From contig JAULAX010000018.1 of the NCBI GenBank assembly GCA_032654565.1, positions 64,001 through 128,000 of the forward strand: 64,000 bases of DNA. The letters are read 5' to 3'. The position numbers and the translations under genes were made by a program. Under the pieces are notes generated by a model. That model was not told the origin of the DNA. It saw only the letters and a program-made list of their open reading frames with translations, and did no database searches. Source of the DNA: Anaeromyxobacteraceae bacterium. Lineage in GTDB: Bacteria > Myxococcota > Myxococcia > Myxococcales > Anaeromyxobacteraceae. Shown here piece after piece: positions 39,027-47,763 of the stretch. Position 1 is the stretch's first letter; each line of letters opens with the position of its first letter.

Positions 39027-40178
39027 ATGCGGCGCCTCGCCATCCTCGGCTCCACCGGCTCCGTCGGCGTCCAGGCGCTCGACGTGGTGTCGCGCTTCCC
39101 GGACCGCTTCGAGGTGGTGGCGCTGGCGGCCGGCCGCAACGTCGAGCGGCTGGCCGAGCAGGCCCGGCGCTTCCGTCCCCGCCTGGTGGCGGTGGCCGAC
39201 GCCAGCGCCGCCGGGGCGCTCCGGGCCCTGGTCCCGGCCGGCACCGAGGTGCGCGGCGGCGACGACGCGGTGGTGGCCGCGGCCGCCCACCCCGACGTCG
39301 ACTTCGTGCTGGCCGCCATCTCCGGCGGCGCCGGGCTGCGCTCCACCGCCGCCGCGGTCGAGGCCGGCAAGGACGTGGGGCTGGCCAACAAGGAGTCGCT
39401 GGTGCTGGCCGGCGAGCTGATGATGCGGCGGGCCGCCGAGCGCGGCGGGGCCATCCTGCCGGTCGACAGCGAGCACTCGGCCATCCACCAGTCGCTGCGC
39501 GGGCACAACCACGCCGAGGTGCGGCGGCTCATCCTCACCGCCTCGGGCGGGCCGCTGCGCGAGGTGGCCGCCGGCGAGCTCGCCGGGGTGACCCCGGCGC
39601 GGGCCCTCAAGCACCCCACCTGGACCATGGGCGACAAGATCACCATCGACTCGGCGACCCTGATGAACAAGGGGCTGGAGGTGATCGAGGCCCGCTGGCT
39701 CTTCGACGTCGAGCCGGCCCGCATCGACATCGTCGTCCACCCGGAGTCGATCGTGCACTCCATGGTGGAGTACATCGACGGCTCGATCGTGGCCCAGCTG
39801 GGCATCTCCGACATGCGGGGCCCCATCAGCTACGCCATGGGTCACCCGGAGCGGCTGCCGCTCGACCTGCCGCCGCTCGACCTGGCCCGGCTCGGCCAGC
39901 TCTCCTTCGAGGAGCCCGACCCGGTCCGCTTCCCGGCCTACCGGCTGGCCTACCGGGCCCTGGAGCTGGGCGGGACGGCCCCGGCGGTGCTCTCCGGCGC
40001 CGACGAGGCGGCCGTGGCCGCCTTCCTCGGCGGGCGCTGCCGCTTCACCGACATCGCCCGGCTCTGCGCCGAGGTGCTGGAGGCCCACGCCGTCGAGCGG
40101 CTCGCCTCGGTGGAGCAGGCGCTGGCCGCCAGCGACTGGGGACGGCGCGAGGCCGACCGCCGGGTTATGAAGGCCTGA
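39027..40178 (+). CDS. dxr: 1-deoxy-D-xylulose-5-phosphate reductoisomerase
   Basis: LGSTGSVG, LANKESL, PVDSEH, TIDSATLMNKGLE. Confidence 0.97.
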   Translation: MRRLAILGSTGSVGVQALDVVSRFPDRFEVVALAAGRNVERLAEQARRFRPRLVAVADASAAGALRALVPAGTEVRGGDDAVVAAAAHPDVDFVLAAISGGAGLRSTAAAVEAGKDVGLANKESLVLAGELMMRRAAERGGAILPVDSEHSAIHQSLRGHNHAEVRRLILTASGGPLREVAAGELAGVTPARALKHPTWTMGDKITIDSATLMNKGLEVIEARWLFDVEPARIDIVVHPESIVHSMVEYIDGSIVAQLGISDMRGPISYAMGHPERLPLDLPPLDLARLGQLSFEEPDPVRFPAYRLAYRALELGGTAPAVLSGADEAAVAAFLGGRCRFTDIARLCAEVLEAHAVERLASVEQALAASDWGRREADRRVMKA

Positions 40179-40195
40179 GCACGGGGACGCACGAC

Positions 40196-41839
40196 ATGGA
40201 CATCCTCTTCAAGGCCGGCTCGGTGGTGGCGCTCCTCGCCGGGCTCATCTTCGTCCACGAGCTGGGCCACTTCCTGGTGGCCAAGCTGCTCCACGTCAAG
40301 GTGCTGCGCTTCTCGGTCGGCTTCGGGGCCCGCCTCGCCGGCTTCACCTGGGGTGAGACGGAGTACCGGCTCTCGGTGCTGCCCCTGGGCGGCTACGTGA
40401 AGATGGCCGGGGAGGACCCGACCCAGCCCGTCGCCCCCGAGGACCAGGGGCGCACCTTCCTGGAGCAGCCGCCGTGGAAGCGGCTGGCCATCGCCTTCGC
40501 CGGGCCGGCCGCCAACCTGGTCTTCCCCTTCGTGGTCTACCTGGCGCTGGGGCTGGGGCAGAACGGCAGCCTGGTGCCGGGGCCGGTCATCGGCAGCGTG
40601 GCGCCGGGCTCCCCGGCGGCGGTGGCCGGGCTGGTGGCCGGCGACCGGATCGAGGCGGTCCAGCCCCCCGGCGGGGCGGCCCGGACCGTCCGCTACTTCT
40701 CCGACCTGCGCGAGCTGGTGTCGCCGCGCCCCGGCGTGCCGCTGGCCTTCTCGATCCGGCGTGGTGAGCAGCGGCTCCAGCTGCAGATCACGCCGGCGCG
40801 GGAGGAGGACGTCAACCCGGTCGAGACCCGCCCCATCGGCATCATCGGCGTCACCCCGGTCTTCGCCGCGGCGCTGGCCGCTCCCGCCCCGGGCCTGGCC
40901 TCGCCGCTCCAGCCGCTCGATCTCGTCACCGGCGTCGACGGGCGACCGGTGCGCCACGCTGGGGAGCTGGAGGCGGCGCTGGCCGCGGCCGGCTGCCGGC
41001 CGGTGGACCTCGAGGTGCGGCGCGGCGTCGGCAAGGCCCGCGCCCCGGCCAAGCTCAGCGGGGTGCCGACCTGCGACGCCGGCGGTGCCAGCGCCATCCT
41101 GCCCGCCGACCCCAGCGTCTCGGCCTACGTGAGCCGGGTGGACGAGGGCTCCCCGGCGGCGGCGGCCGGCATCGGGCGCGGCGCCCGGCTGGTGTCGGTC
41201 AACGGCACCCCCATCCGCGCCGGGCGGGACCTCAACGCCGTGGCCAGGGAGTTCCAGCCGGGCCGGCCGGTGGCCATCGGCCTCGGCGACGGCCGCACCA
41301 TCTCGCTGGTGCCGGGCGAGGAGCGGTTCAAGGACGAGGTGACCCGCGAGCCGCGCCGCCGCCCGGTCATCGGCTTCCACCTCGAGGACCGGGCCGGCGT
41401 CGACACCCGGGCGCTGATGGCCGAGGAGGTGGCGCTGCAGCGCACCCCCGGCGAGGTGGCCCGGGTGGCCGCCGACCAGCTGGTCGAGGTGGTCCGGCTC
41501 ACCATGATCGGCATCTACAAGATCGTCACGCTGCAGCTCAGCTTCAAGAACGTGGGCGGCACGCTGATGCTCTTCCAGATCGCCAGCGAGGCGGCCGAGG
41601 CCGGCCTCAAGGTCTTCCTCTTCCAGATGGCGCTGATCAGCGTCAACCTCGGGCTGATGAACCTGCTCCCCATCCCGGTGCTCGACGGCGGCCACATCGT
41701 CACCGCGCTCATCGAGGGGGCGACGCGCCGCCGGCTCTCGATGCGGGCCCGGGAGGCGGCCAACTGGGTGGGGCTGGCGCTGCTGCTCAGCCTGATGGTG
41801 CTCGCCTTCGCCAACGACGTGATCCGGATCTGGGGGTAG
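40196..41839 (+). CDS. rseP: RIP metalloprotease RseP with multiple PDZ domains
   Basis: HELGH, PLGGYVKM, NLLPIPVLDGG. Confidence 0.95.
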   Translation: MDILFKAGSVVALLAGLIFVHELGHFLVAKLLHVKVLRFSVGFGARLAGFTWGETEYRLSVLPLGGYVKMAGEDPTQPVAPEDQGRTFLEQPPWKRLAIAFAGPAANLVFPFVVYLALGLGQNGSLVPGPVIGSVAPGSPAAVAGLVAGDRIEAVQPPGGAARTVRYFSDLRELVSPRPGVPLAFSIRRGEQRLQLQITPAREEDVNPVETRPIGIIGVTPVFAAALAAPAPGLASPLQPLDLVTGVDGRPVRHAGELEAALAAAGCRPVDLEVRRGVGKARAPAKLSGVPTCDAGGASAILPADPSVSAYVSRVDEGSPAAAAGIGRGARLVSVNGTPIRAGRDLNAVAREFQPGRPVAIGLGDGRTISLVPGEERFKDEVTREPRRRPVIGFHLEDRAGVDTRALMAEEVALQRTPGEVARVAADQLVEVVRLTMIGIYKIVTLQLSFKNVGGTLMLFQIASEAAEAGLKVFLFQMALISVNLGLMNLLPIPVLDGGHIVTALIEGATRRRLSMRAREAANWVGLALLLSLMVLAFANDVIRIWG

Positions 41840-41853
41840 GCTCTTCCCACCCC

Positions 41854-42630
41854 ATGCTGGTCGCCGCGCTCGACACCGCCACGCTCACCCTCTCCGCCGC
41901 GCTGCTCGAGGTCGGCGAGGCCGGGGCCGAGCTGCTGGCCGAGCGGACCGAGCACCAGCCGCCGCGGGTGGCGGCCGGGGCCACCATCGGCCACGGGGCC
42001 CGGCTGCCGGCGGTGATCCGCGACCTGCTGGTGGCCTGCCAGCGGAAGCTCCCCGAGGTGGAGGGCTACGCCATCGGGCTGGGGCCGGGCTCCTTCACCG
42101 GGCTGCGCATCGGCCTGGCCACCTTCAAGGGGTTCTCCTACGCCAACCAGCGCCCCATCGTCGGCGCCTCCAGCCTGGCCTCGATGGCCCAGGCGGCCGC
42201 CCCCGGGGCCCCCGCCGGCGCGCTGCTGGTGCCGCTGCTCGACGCCAGGCGCGGAGAGCTCTACGCCGGCTTCTACCGGGCCGAGGGGGGCGTGGTGGTG
42301 GCGGTGCGGCCCGACGCGGTGCTCCACTGGAGCGCGCTGCTGGAGGCGGCCCGCCAGCTGACCAACGGCCACCCGCCGGCCGGGTTCGGCGAGGGGTACC
42401 AGGCCTACGCCGCCGAGCTGGGCCCGGGCCTGCCCCGGCTGGCCACCGAGGTCCGCACCCCCAACGCCGCCGCCCTCGGCACGCTCTGCGCGGCGGCGCT
42501 GCGGGGGGCCGCCTTCGACAAGGACCGGCTGGCGGCGCTGGAGCCGCACTACGTGCGCAAGAGCGAGGCCGAGGTGAAGTTCCCCGACGGGCTGCCGCCG
42601 CCGGGCCTGCCGAAGCGAGGAGGGGCGTGA
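41854..42630 (+). CDS. tsaB: tRNA t6A biosynthesis protein TsaB
   Basis: ALDTAT, GPGSFTGLRIG, DARRGELY, LEPHYVR. Confidence 0.95.
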   Translation: MLVAALDTATLTLSAALLEVGEAGAELLAERTEHQPPRVAAGATIGHGARLPAVIRDLLVACQRKLPEVEGYAIGLGPGSFTGLRIGLATFKGFSYANQRPIVGASSLASMAQAAAPGAPAGALLVPLLDARRGELYAGFYRAEGGVVVAVRPDAVLHWSALLEAARQLTNGHPPAGFGEGYQAYAAELGPGLPRLATEVRTPNAAALGTLCAAALRGAAFDKDRLAALEPHYVRKSEAEVKFPDGLPPPGLPKRGGA

Positions 42631-43046
42631 TGGTGACCTGGAGCGAGGCGCTGCGGACCGGGGTGGTCGAGATCGACGACCAGCACCAGCTGCTCTTCCG
42701 CCGCGCCGCGGTGGTGCGCGACGCCGTCCGGTCCGGCCATGAGAGCGGCGAGGTGAAGGCGGCCATCGACTTCCTCAGCGACTACGCGGCCATCCACTTC
42801 GAGACCGAGGCCAGGTACATGAGCGCCGCCGCCTACCCGCAGGCGACCGCCCACCTCGCCGAGCACCGGCTGCTGGAGTGCAACCTCGACGCCGCCGCCG
42901 AGGCCTACCAGGCCGGGGGCGAGACGCCGCGCCTGGCCGACGCGGTGGTCGAGCTCTTCGAGAACTGGCTGGTGGCCCACATCCACGAGCACGACCGGGC
43001 GCTGGCCAGCTGGCTGCAGCGCACCGGCACGTCCGGGCGGGCCTGA
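42630..43046 (+). CDS. Bacteriohemerythrin
   Basis: TGVVEIDDQH, HFETE, HLAEH, WLVAHIHEHD. Confidence 0.9.
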   Translation: MVTWSEALRTGVVEIDDQHQLLFRRAAVVRDAVRSGHESGEVKAAIDFLSDYAAIHFETEARYMSAAAYPQATAHLAEHRLLECNLDAAAEAYQAGGETPRLADAVVELFENWLVAHIHEHDRALASWLQRTGTSGRA

Positions 43047-43072
43047 GTCGGTGCCTGGGGCGGGGCATTAGC

Positions 43073-43963
43073 ATGCGCGTCTTCGTCACCGGCGCCACCG
43101 GGCTCATCGGCCGCTCGCTCTGCGCGGCGCTGCTCCGTCGCGGCGACGAGGTGACGGCGCTCTCCCGGCAGGCCGGCGCGGCGCTCCCCCCCGGGGTGGC
43201 GCTGCTGCGGGGCGATCCGACGGTGGCCGGTCCCTGGCTGGAGGCCCTGACCCGGTCCGACGCGGTGGTCCACCTGGCCGGTGAGCCGGTGGCGGGCGGG
43301 CGCTGGACGGCGGCGCGAAAGGCGCGGCTGGCCGCCTCGCGCCTCGACTCGACCCGGCTGGTGGCCCAGGCCATCGCCGCCGGCGGGCCGAAGGTGCTGG
43401 TGCAGGGGAGCGCGGTGGGCTTCTACGGCGATCGGGGCGACGAGCCGCTCGGCGAGGGGGCGGCCCCGGGGCGCGGCTTCCTCGCCGACCTCTCGGTGCG
43501 GTGGGAGGCGGCGGCGGCCCCGGCGGCGACGCGGGCCCGGGTGGTGCTGGTCCGCACCGGGATCGTGCTGGCGCGGGACGGCGGGGCGCTGCCGCTGCTG
43601 GCCCGCCCGTTCCGCCTCTTCGCCGGTGGGCCCATCGGCGACGGCCGGGCCTGGCAGCCCTGGATCCACCTCGAGGACGAGCTGGGGCTGCTGCTGCTGG
43701 CGCTCGACGACGACCGGGCCCATGGGCCGCTCAACGCCGTGGCCCCGGCGCCGGTCCGGCAGGCGGAGCTGGCGCGGACGCTGGCGGGCGTGCTGCATCG
43801 CCCCAACCTGCTCCCGGTGCCGGCGGCGGCGCTGCGGCTGGGGCTGGGGGAGATGGCCGAGGTGCTGCTGGCCAGCCAGCGGGTGGTCCCCGGGCAGGCC
43901 GAGGCGCTCGGCTACCGGTACCGCTTCCCGGCGCTGGAGCCGGCGCTGCGCGACCTGCTCTAA
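43073..43963 (+). CDS. TIGR01777-type NAD-dependent epimerase (YfcH-like)
   Basis: VTGATGLIG, SAVGFYG, RTGIVL, PWIHLED. Confidence 0.92.
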   Translation: MRVFVTGATGLIGRSLCAALLRRGDEVTALSRQAGAALPPGVALLRGDPTVAGPWLEALTRSDAVVHLAGEPVAGGRWTAARKARLAASRLDSTRLVAQAIAAGGPKVLVQGSAVGFYGDRGDEPLGEGAAPGRGFLADLSVRWEAAAAPAATRARVVLVRTGIVLARDGGALPLLARPFRLFAGGPIGDGRAWQPWIHLEDELGLLLLALDDDRAHGPLNAVAPAPVRQAELARTLAGVLHRPNLLPVPAAALRLGLGEMAEVLLASQRVVPGQAEALGYRYRFPALEPALRDLL

Positions 43964-44023
43964 CCGCGACGGCGCCTTCGCAGGCCGGCGCCTTCACGGG
44001 CGCGGTGCGGTATCCTCCCGCCC

Positions 44024-45052
44024 ATGGAACCACGCCCCATCTCCATCACGCTGCTCGGCGCCACCGGCGCCGTCGGCCGCGCCGTCCTCGAGGTGCTCGA
44101 GGACCTCGACGTCCCGGTCGGCCGGGTCCGGCTGCTCGCCACCGCCCGCTCCGCCGGACAGGAGCTCGACTTCCGCGGCGGCTCCTTCAAGGTCGAGGTC
44201 CCCAGCGCCGAGGCCTTCACCGGCTGTGACGTGGCCATCCTGGTCGCCGGGGCCGAGGCCAGCCGGGAGTGGGCCCCCCGGGCGCGCGCCGCCGGCTGCC
44301 TGGTGGTGGACGACTCCTCCGCCTTCCGCCAGCAGGCCGACGTGCCGCTGGTGGTGCCGGAGGTGAACGGCGCGGCGCTGGAGGGGGGCGCCCCGCTGGC
44401 CACCAACCCCCACGCCATCTCCATCGCCCTGGCGCTCACGCTGCAGCCGCTCCACGCCCTGGCCGGCCTGGCCCGGGTGGTGGTCTCCACCTACCAGTCG
44501 GTCTCGGGGACCGGCCACCGCGGCGTCGAGCAGCTGCAGCGCGAGGCCGCCGACCTGATGAACGGGCGGGAGCCGGGCGAGCCCGGCCGGATCCGTCACC
44601 GCGTCGCCTTCAACCTGGTGCCGCAGGTGGGGGCCATCGGCGACGACGGCGTCTCGGAGGGTGAGGCCAGCGTGGCCCGCGAGCTCCGGCAGCTGCTCGG
44701 CCTGCCCGGGCTGGCGGTCTCGGTGACGGCGGTGCGGGTGCCGGTCTTCTACGGCCACGCCGCCGCGGTCCACACCGGCTTCGACCGGCCGCTGGCGCCG
44801 ACGGCGGCGCGGGAGGCGCTGCGGCTGGCCCCGGCGGTGAAGGTGATCGACCGGCCGGAGGAGGGCGTCTACCCCATGCCCATGCTGACGGTGAACGACG
44901 ACGCCGTGCTGGTGGGGCGGCTGCGGGCCGACGCGGCGCTGGGGAACGGCCTCGCGCTCTTCCTGGCCGTCGACAACCTGCGCAAGGGGGGACCGACCAA
45001 CCTGGTGCAGGTGGCGCTGGCGATGGTGGAGCGGCGTCGGCGGGGCACGTGA
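44024..45052 (+). CDS. Aspartate-semialdehyde dehydrogenase homolog lacking the catalytic Cys (Usg-like)
   Basis: GATGAVG, VPLVVPEVN, STYQSVSG, RVPVFYGH, DNLRKG; NPNC replaced by NPHA. Confidence 0.85.
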   Translation: MEPRPISITLLGATGAVGRAVLEVLEDLDVPVGRVRLLATARSAGQELDFRGGSFKVEVPSAEAFTGCDVAILVAGAEASREWAPRARAAGCLVVDDSSAFRQQADVPLVVPEVNGAALEGGAPLATNPHAISIALALTLQPLHALAGLARVVVSTYQSVSGTGHRGVEQLQREAADLMNGREPGEPGRIRHRVAFNLVPQVGAIGDDGVSEGEASVARELRQLLGLPGLAVSVTAVRVPVFYGHAAAVHTGFDRPLAPTAAREALRLAPAVKVIDRPEEGVYPMPMLTVNDDAVLVGRLRADAALGNGLALFLAVDNLRKGGPTNLVQVALAMVERRRRGT

Positions 45053-45196
45053 GGACGGGCGAGGGGCGCGTGACAGTTTGGCAGGCCGTCCCCAGGCGCC
45101 CGGGGCGCCTTTGCCAGATTGGCACCGCGGCGGCCGGCCGTCGCCGGGCGGCGAAGAAAACCCCAGTCGACCCGATGGGTTCGAACCTTGCCTGGC

Positions 45197-45212
45197 TGGC
45201 GCCGGCCTTGCA
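45197..45212 (+). promoter_or_regulatory. Sigma54 promoter
   Basis: TGGCGC-CGGCC-TTGCA, near-consensus, 12 nt upstream of ATG 45225. Confidence 0.7.
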
Positions 45213-45224
45213 CAATCCACGTCC

Positions 45225-46073
45225 ATGATCCGCCGCCTCGCCCTCCTCGTCGCGTTGCTCCTCCCGGCCGCCGGGCTCGCCCAGACCACCGGCACGGTGC
45301 TGATCTCGCCGACCACCTTCGGGACGACCGACTGCACCTCGACGGCCAAGTCCGTCACGATCACCTGGACCTCGTCGAGCACGCCGGTGGCCGGGGGCAA
45401 CGAGATCTACAAGGTCTGGGTCTCCCACACCGACACGGCCTGCCTGACCACTGGTCAGCCCACAGGGAGCCTGCAGCTCGGGAGCGACATCCCGGTGACC
45501 ACCACGCCGCCGACCTACTCGACGACGCGCAGCGACTTCATCTCCAAGGCGGCGCTCTCCGCCTGCACGACCAACGCAACCATCTCCGTCTGCGTCCAGC
45601 ACTGGGTCATTGGTGCGGCGAGCGCCAAGGGCACGGCGACCGGGAGCGCCACGCTCGAAGTGGAGCCACCGCCGGTTCCCGTCCTCGTCTCGGTCGCAAC
45701 AGGCGACTCCGCGCTCTTCGTGAGTTGGGCGGACGGCACCACCAACACCATCGCGGCGGTCTCCTACAACGTGACCGCGGTGGGCGGCGGTGCCACCGTC
45801 ACCAAGAACTCCACCAGCAAGTCCTATCGGCTCGGCGGCCTGACCAACGGCGTCACCTACTCGGTGACCGTCACGTCTCTTTCGGCGGGCGGCAATGAGT
45901 CGGTTGCGTCCTCGCCGCCAGTCCTAGGCACGCCGCAACCGGTGGACGGCTTCTGGGAGCAGTACAAGAACGCAGGCGGGGTCGAGCAGGGCGGTTGCGC
46001 CGGCGGCCCGGCCGGGCTGGTGGCGCTGCTGGGCGTGGCCCTGGCCTTGCGCGGGCTCCGGAGGCGCTCATGA
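45225..46073 (+). CDS. Surface protein with FN3 domain and MYXO-CTERM anchor (MXAN_2561-like)
   Basis: Signal peptide, Thr-rich, GLTNGVTYSVTV, DGFWEQYKNAGGVEQGGC + hydrophobic + RRRS tail. Confidence 0.8.
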   Translation: MIRRLALLVALLLPAAGLAQTTGTVLISPTTFGTTDCTSTAKSVTITWTSSSTPVAGGNEIYKVWVSHTDTACLTTGQPTGSLQLGSDIPVTTTPPTYSTTRSDFISKAALSACTTNATISVCVQHWVIGAASAKGTATGSATLEVEPPPVPVLVSVATGDSALFVSWADGTTNTIAAVSYNVTAVGGGATVTKNSTSKSYRLGGLTNGVTYSVTVTSLSAGGNESVASSPPVLGTPQPVDGFWEQYKNAGGVEQGGCAGGPAGLVALLGVALALRGLRRRS

Positions 46074-46795
46074 GCCGCGCCATTCGCGCCGCTGCCCTGG
46101 TGCTCCTCGCTATCGCCGCGCCGGCCCTGGCCGAGGACCGGGCCTCCGGGGAACGGCTGGCCGGGGCCGGCTCCTTCGAGTTTCAGATGGGGCAGTACCG
46201 CCCGCTCATCGACTCCGAGCTCTTTCCGGACCTGGGCACGGCCGGCCTTCCGTGGGCCAGCAGCTTCGGTAACTCGCGTCCCTTCCTCTACCGGATCCAC
46301 GGTGGCAAGGCCTTGGTCAGCGGCTACGGCACCCTGGAGCTGGGAGGCGGGGTCGGCTACTACTCCGTCACCGGCCACGGCCTCTTCCACACCGGCGGCG
46401 CGGTGAGCCCGGAGGAGACCGGGTTCATGATGGTGCCGCTCACCCTCGACCTCACCTACCGGGTGGATCCGCTCTGGGAGCGGCTGGGCATCCCGCTGGT
46501 CCCCTACGGCCGGATCGCGCTGCTGCGCGACCAGTGGTGGGTGACCGGGGCGGGCGGCAAGTCCAGCATGTCCGGCGCCACCAACGGCTGGGGCTGGGCC
46601 GGCGGCCTGGCGCTGGTGCTCGACTTCATCGACCCGACGCTGGCGCGCGAGCTGGACCGCGACTCGGGCATCAAGCACACCATGCTGGTGGTGGAGGTCG
46701 GCCAGAACAAGGTGGACGACTTCGGCTCGAAGACCAGCTGGGACCTCTCCAGTGACAAGCTGGCGGTGAGCTTCGGGTTCCTCTTCGCCTTCTGA
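46070..46795 (+). CDS. Outer-membrane beta-barrel (MXAN_2562-like)
   Basis: GQYRPLIDSE, IPLVPY, LDFIDPTLARELDRDSGI, C-terminal F; ATGA-coupled to the previous gene. Confidence 0.8.
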   Translation: MSRAIRAAALVLLAIAAPALAEDRASGERLAGAGSFEFQMGQYRPLIDSELFPDLGTAGLPWASSFGNSRPFLYRIHGGKALVSGYGTLELGGGVGYYSVTGHGLFHTGGAVSPEETGFMMVPLTLDLTYRVDPLWERLGIPLVPYGRIALLRDQWWVTGAGGKSSMSGATNGWGWAGGLALVLDFIDPTLARELDRDSGIKHTMLVVEVGQNKVDDFGSKTSWDLSSDKLAVSFGFLFAF

Positions 46796-46836
46796 CCGGC
46801 GCGCCCCCGGCCGCCGCGGCGCCCCGGGGGCGAGCG

Positions 46837-47649
46837 CTACAGCTTCCGGTGCTTGAGCGCAGGCAGCTCCTGGCGCACCCGCTCCAGCCGGGCCCGGCTG
46901 AAGGGGGCCACGCAGACCCCCTCGCCGTCGGCGCAGCGGGCCAGCACCACGCCCCACGGGTCGATGACCATGGCGTTTCCGAAGGTCTGGCGCTTGGCCG
47001 AGTGGGTCCCCACCTGCGCCGGGGCCACCACGTAGGCCAGGTTCTCGATGGCCCGGGCCCGCAGCAGCACCTCCCAGTGGTCCTTGCCGGTGAAGAGCGT
47101 GAAGGCGGCCGGGATGGAGAGGATGGCGGCGCCGAAGCCGGCCAGCTTCCGGTAGAGCTCGGGGAAGCGCAGGTCGTAGCAGATGGTCAGGCCGATGCGC
47201 CCCAGCGCGGTGGGGGCGATGATGGCCTGGTCGCCGGCCGCCACCACCTCCGACTCGGCGTAGCGGGCGCCGTCGGGGATGCTGACGTCGAAGAGGTGGA
47301 TCTTGCGGTAGGCGGCCACCAGCGAGCCGTCGTCGGCGATCAGCGCGCAGGTGTTGGCGGTCTTCCCCGGCTCCGCCACCTTCTCGGCGATGGAGCCGGC
47401 GATGACGTGGACGGCCCGCCGCCTGGCCACCTCGCGGATCACCCCCAGGGTCGGCCCGTCGAGGGTCTCCGCCCCCTCCAGCAGCCCCTCCTGCGGCCCC
47501 ATGTAGGAGAAGTTCTCCGGGAGGCCGATGAGGCGGGCTCCCAGGTCGGCCGCCTCCTCGATGAGCCGCACGGCGGTCTCGAGGTTGCGGACCCGGTCCG
47601 GGCTGGAGGTCATCTGCACCGCGGCGATCAGGAAGGTGGGCGGGGCCAT
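46837..47649 (-). CDS. Carbon-nitrogen hydrolase (Nit1/deaminated glutathione amidase-like)
   Basis: LPEN, YRKIHLFD, ICYDLRFPE, RARAIEN. Confidence 0.93.
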   Translation of the reverse strand: MAPPTFLIAAVQMTSSPDRVRNLETAVRLIEEAADLGARLIGLPENFSYMGPQEGLLEGAETLDGPTLGVIREVARRRAVHVIAGSIAEKVAEPGKTANTCALIADDGSLVAAYRKIHLFDVSIPDGARYAESEVVAAGDQAIIAPTALGRIGLTICYDLRFPELYRKLAGFGAAILSIPAAFTLFTGKDHWEVLLRARAIENLAYVVAPAQVGTHSAKRQTFGNAMVIDPWGVVLARCADGEGVCVAPFSRARLERVRQELPALKHRKL

Positions 47650-47763
47650 GTCGATCGACTTATCACGACCGAACCTCCCCCGGTGGTGCCAACCCCACCG
47701 TCCCGGCCCCCCCGGGGGGAGGGTGAATTGGCTGCCGGTGGCGACCTGCCTAGACTCCAGACC

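Noticed and set aside
46849..47763. N-terminal extension of the TPR ORF (939 aa) and of the nitrilase ORF (960 aa)
   Set aside because: The two genes are divergent with plausible starts at 47649 (-) and 47764 (+); the extensions merely overlap each other.
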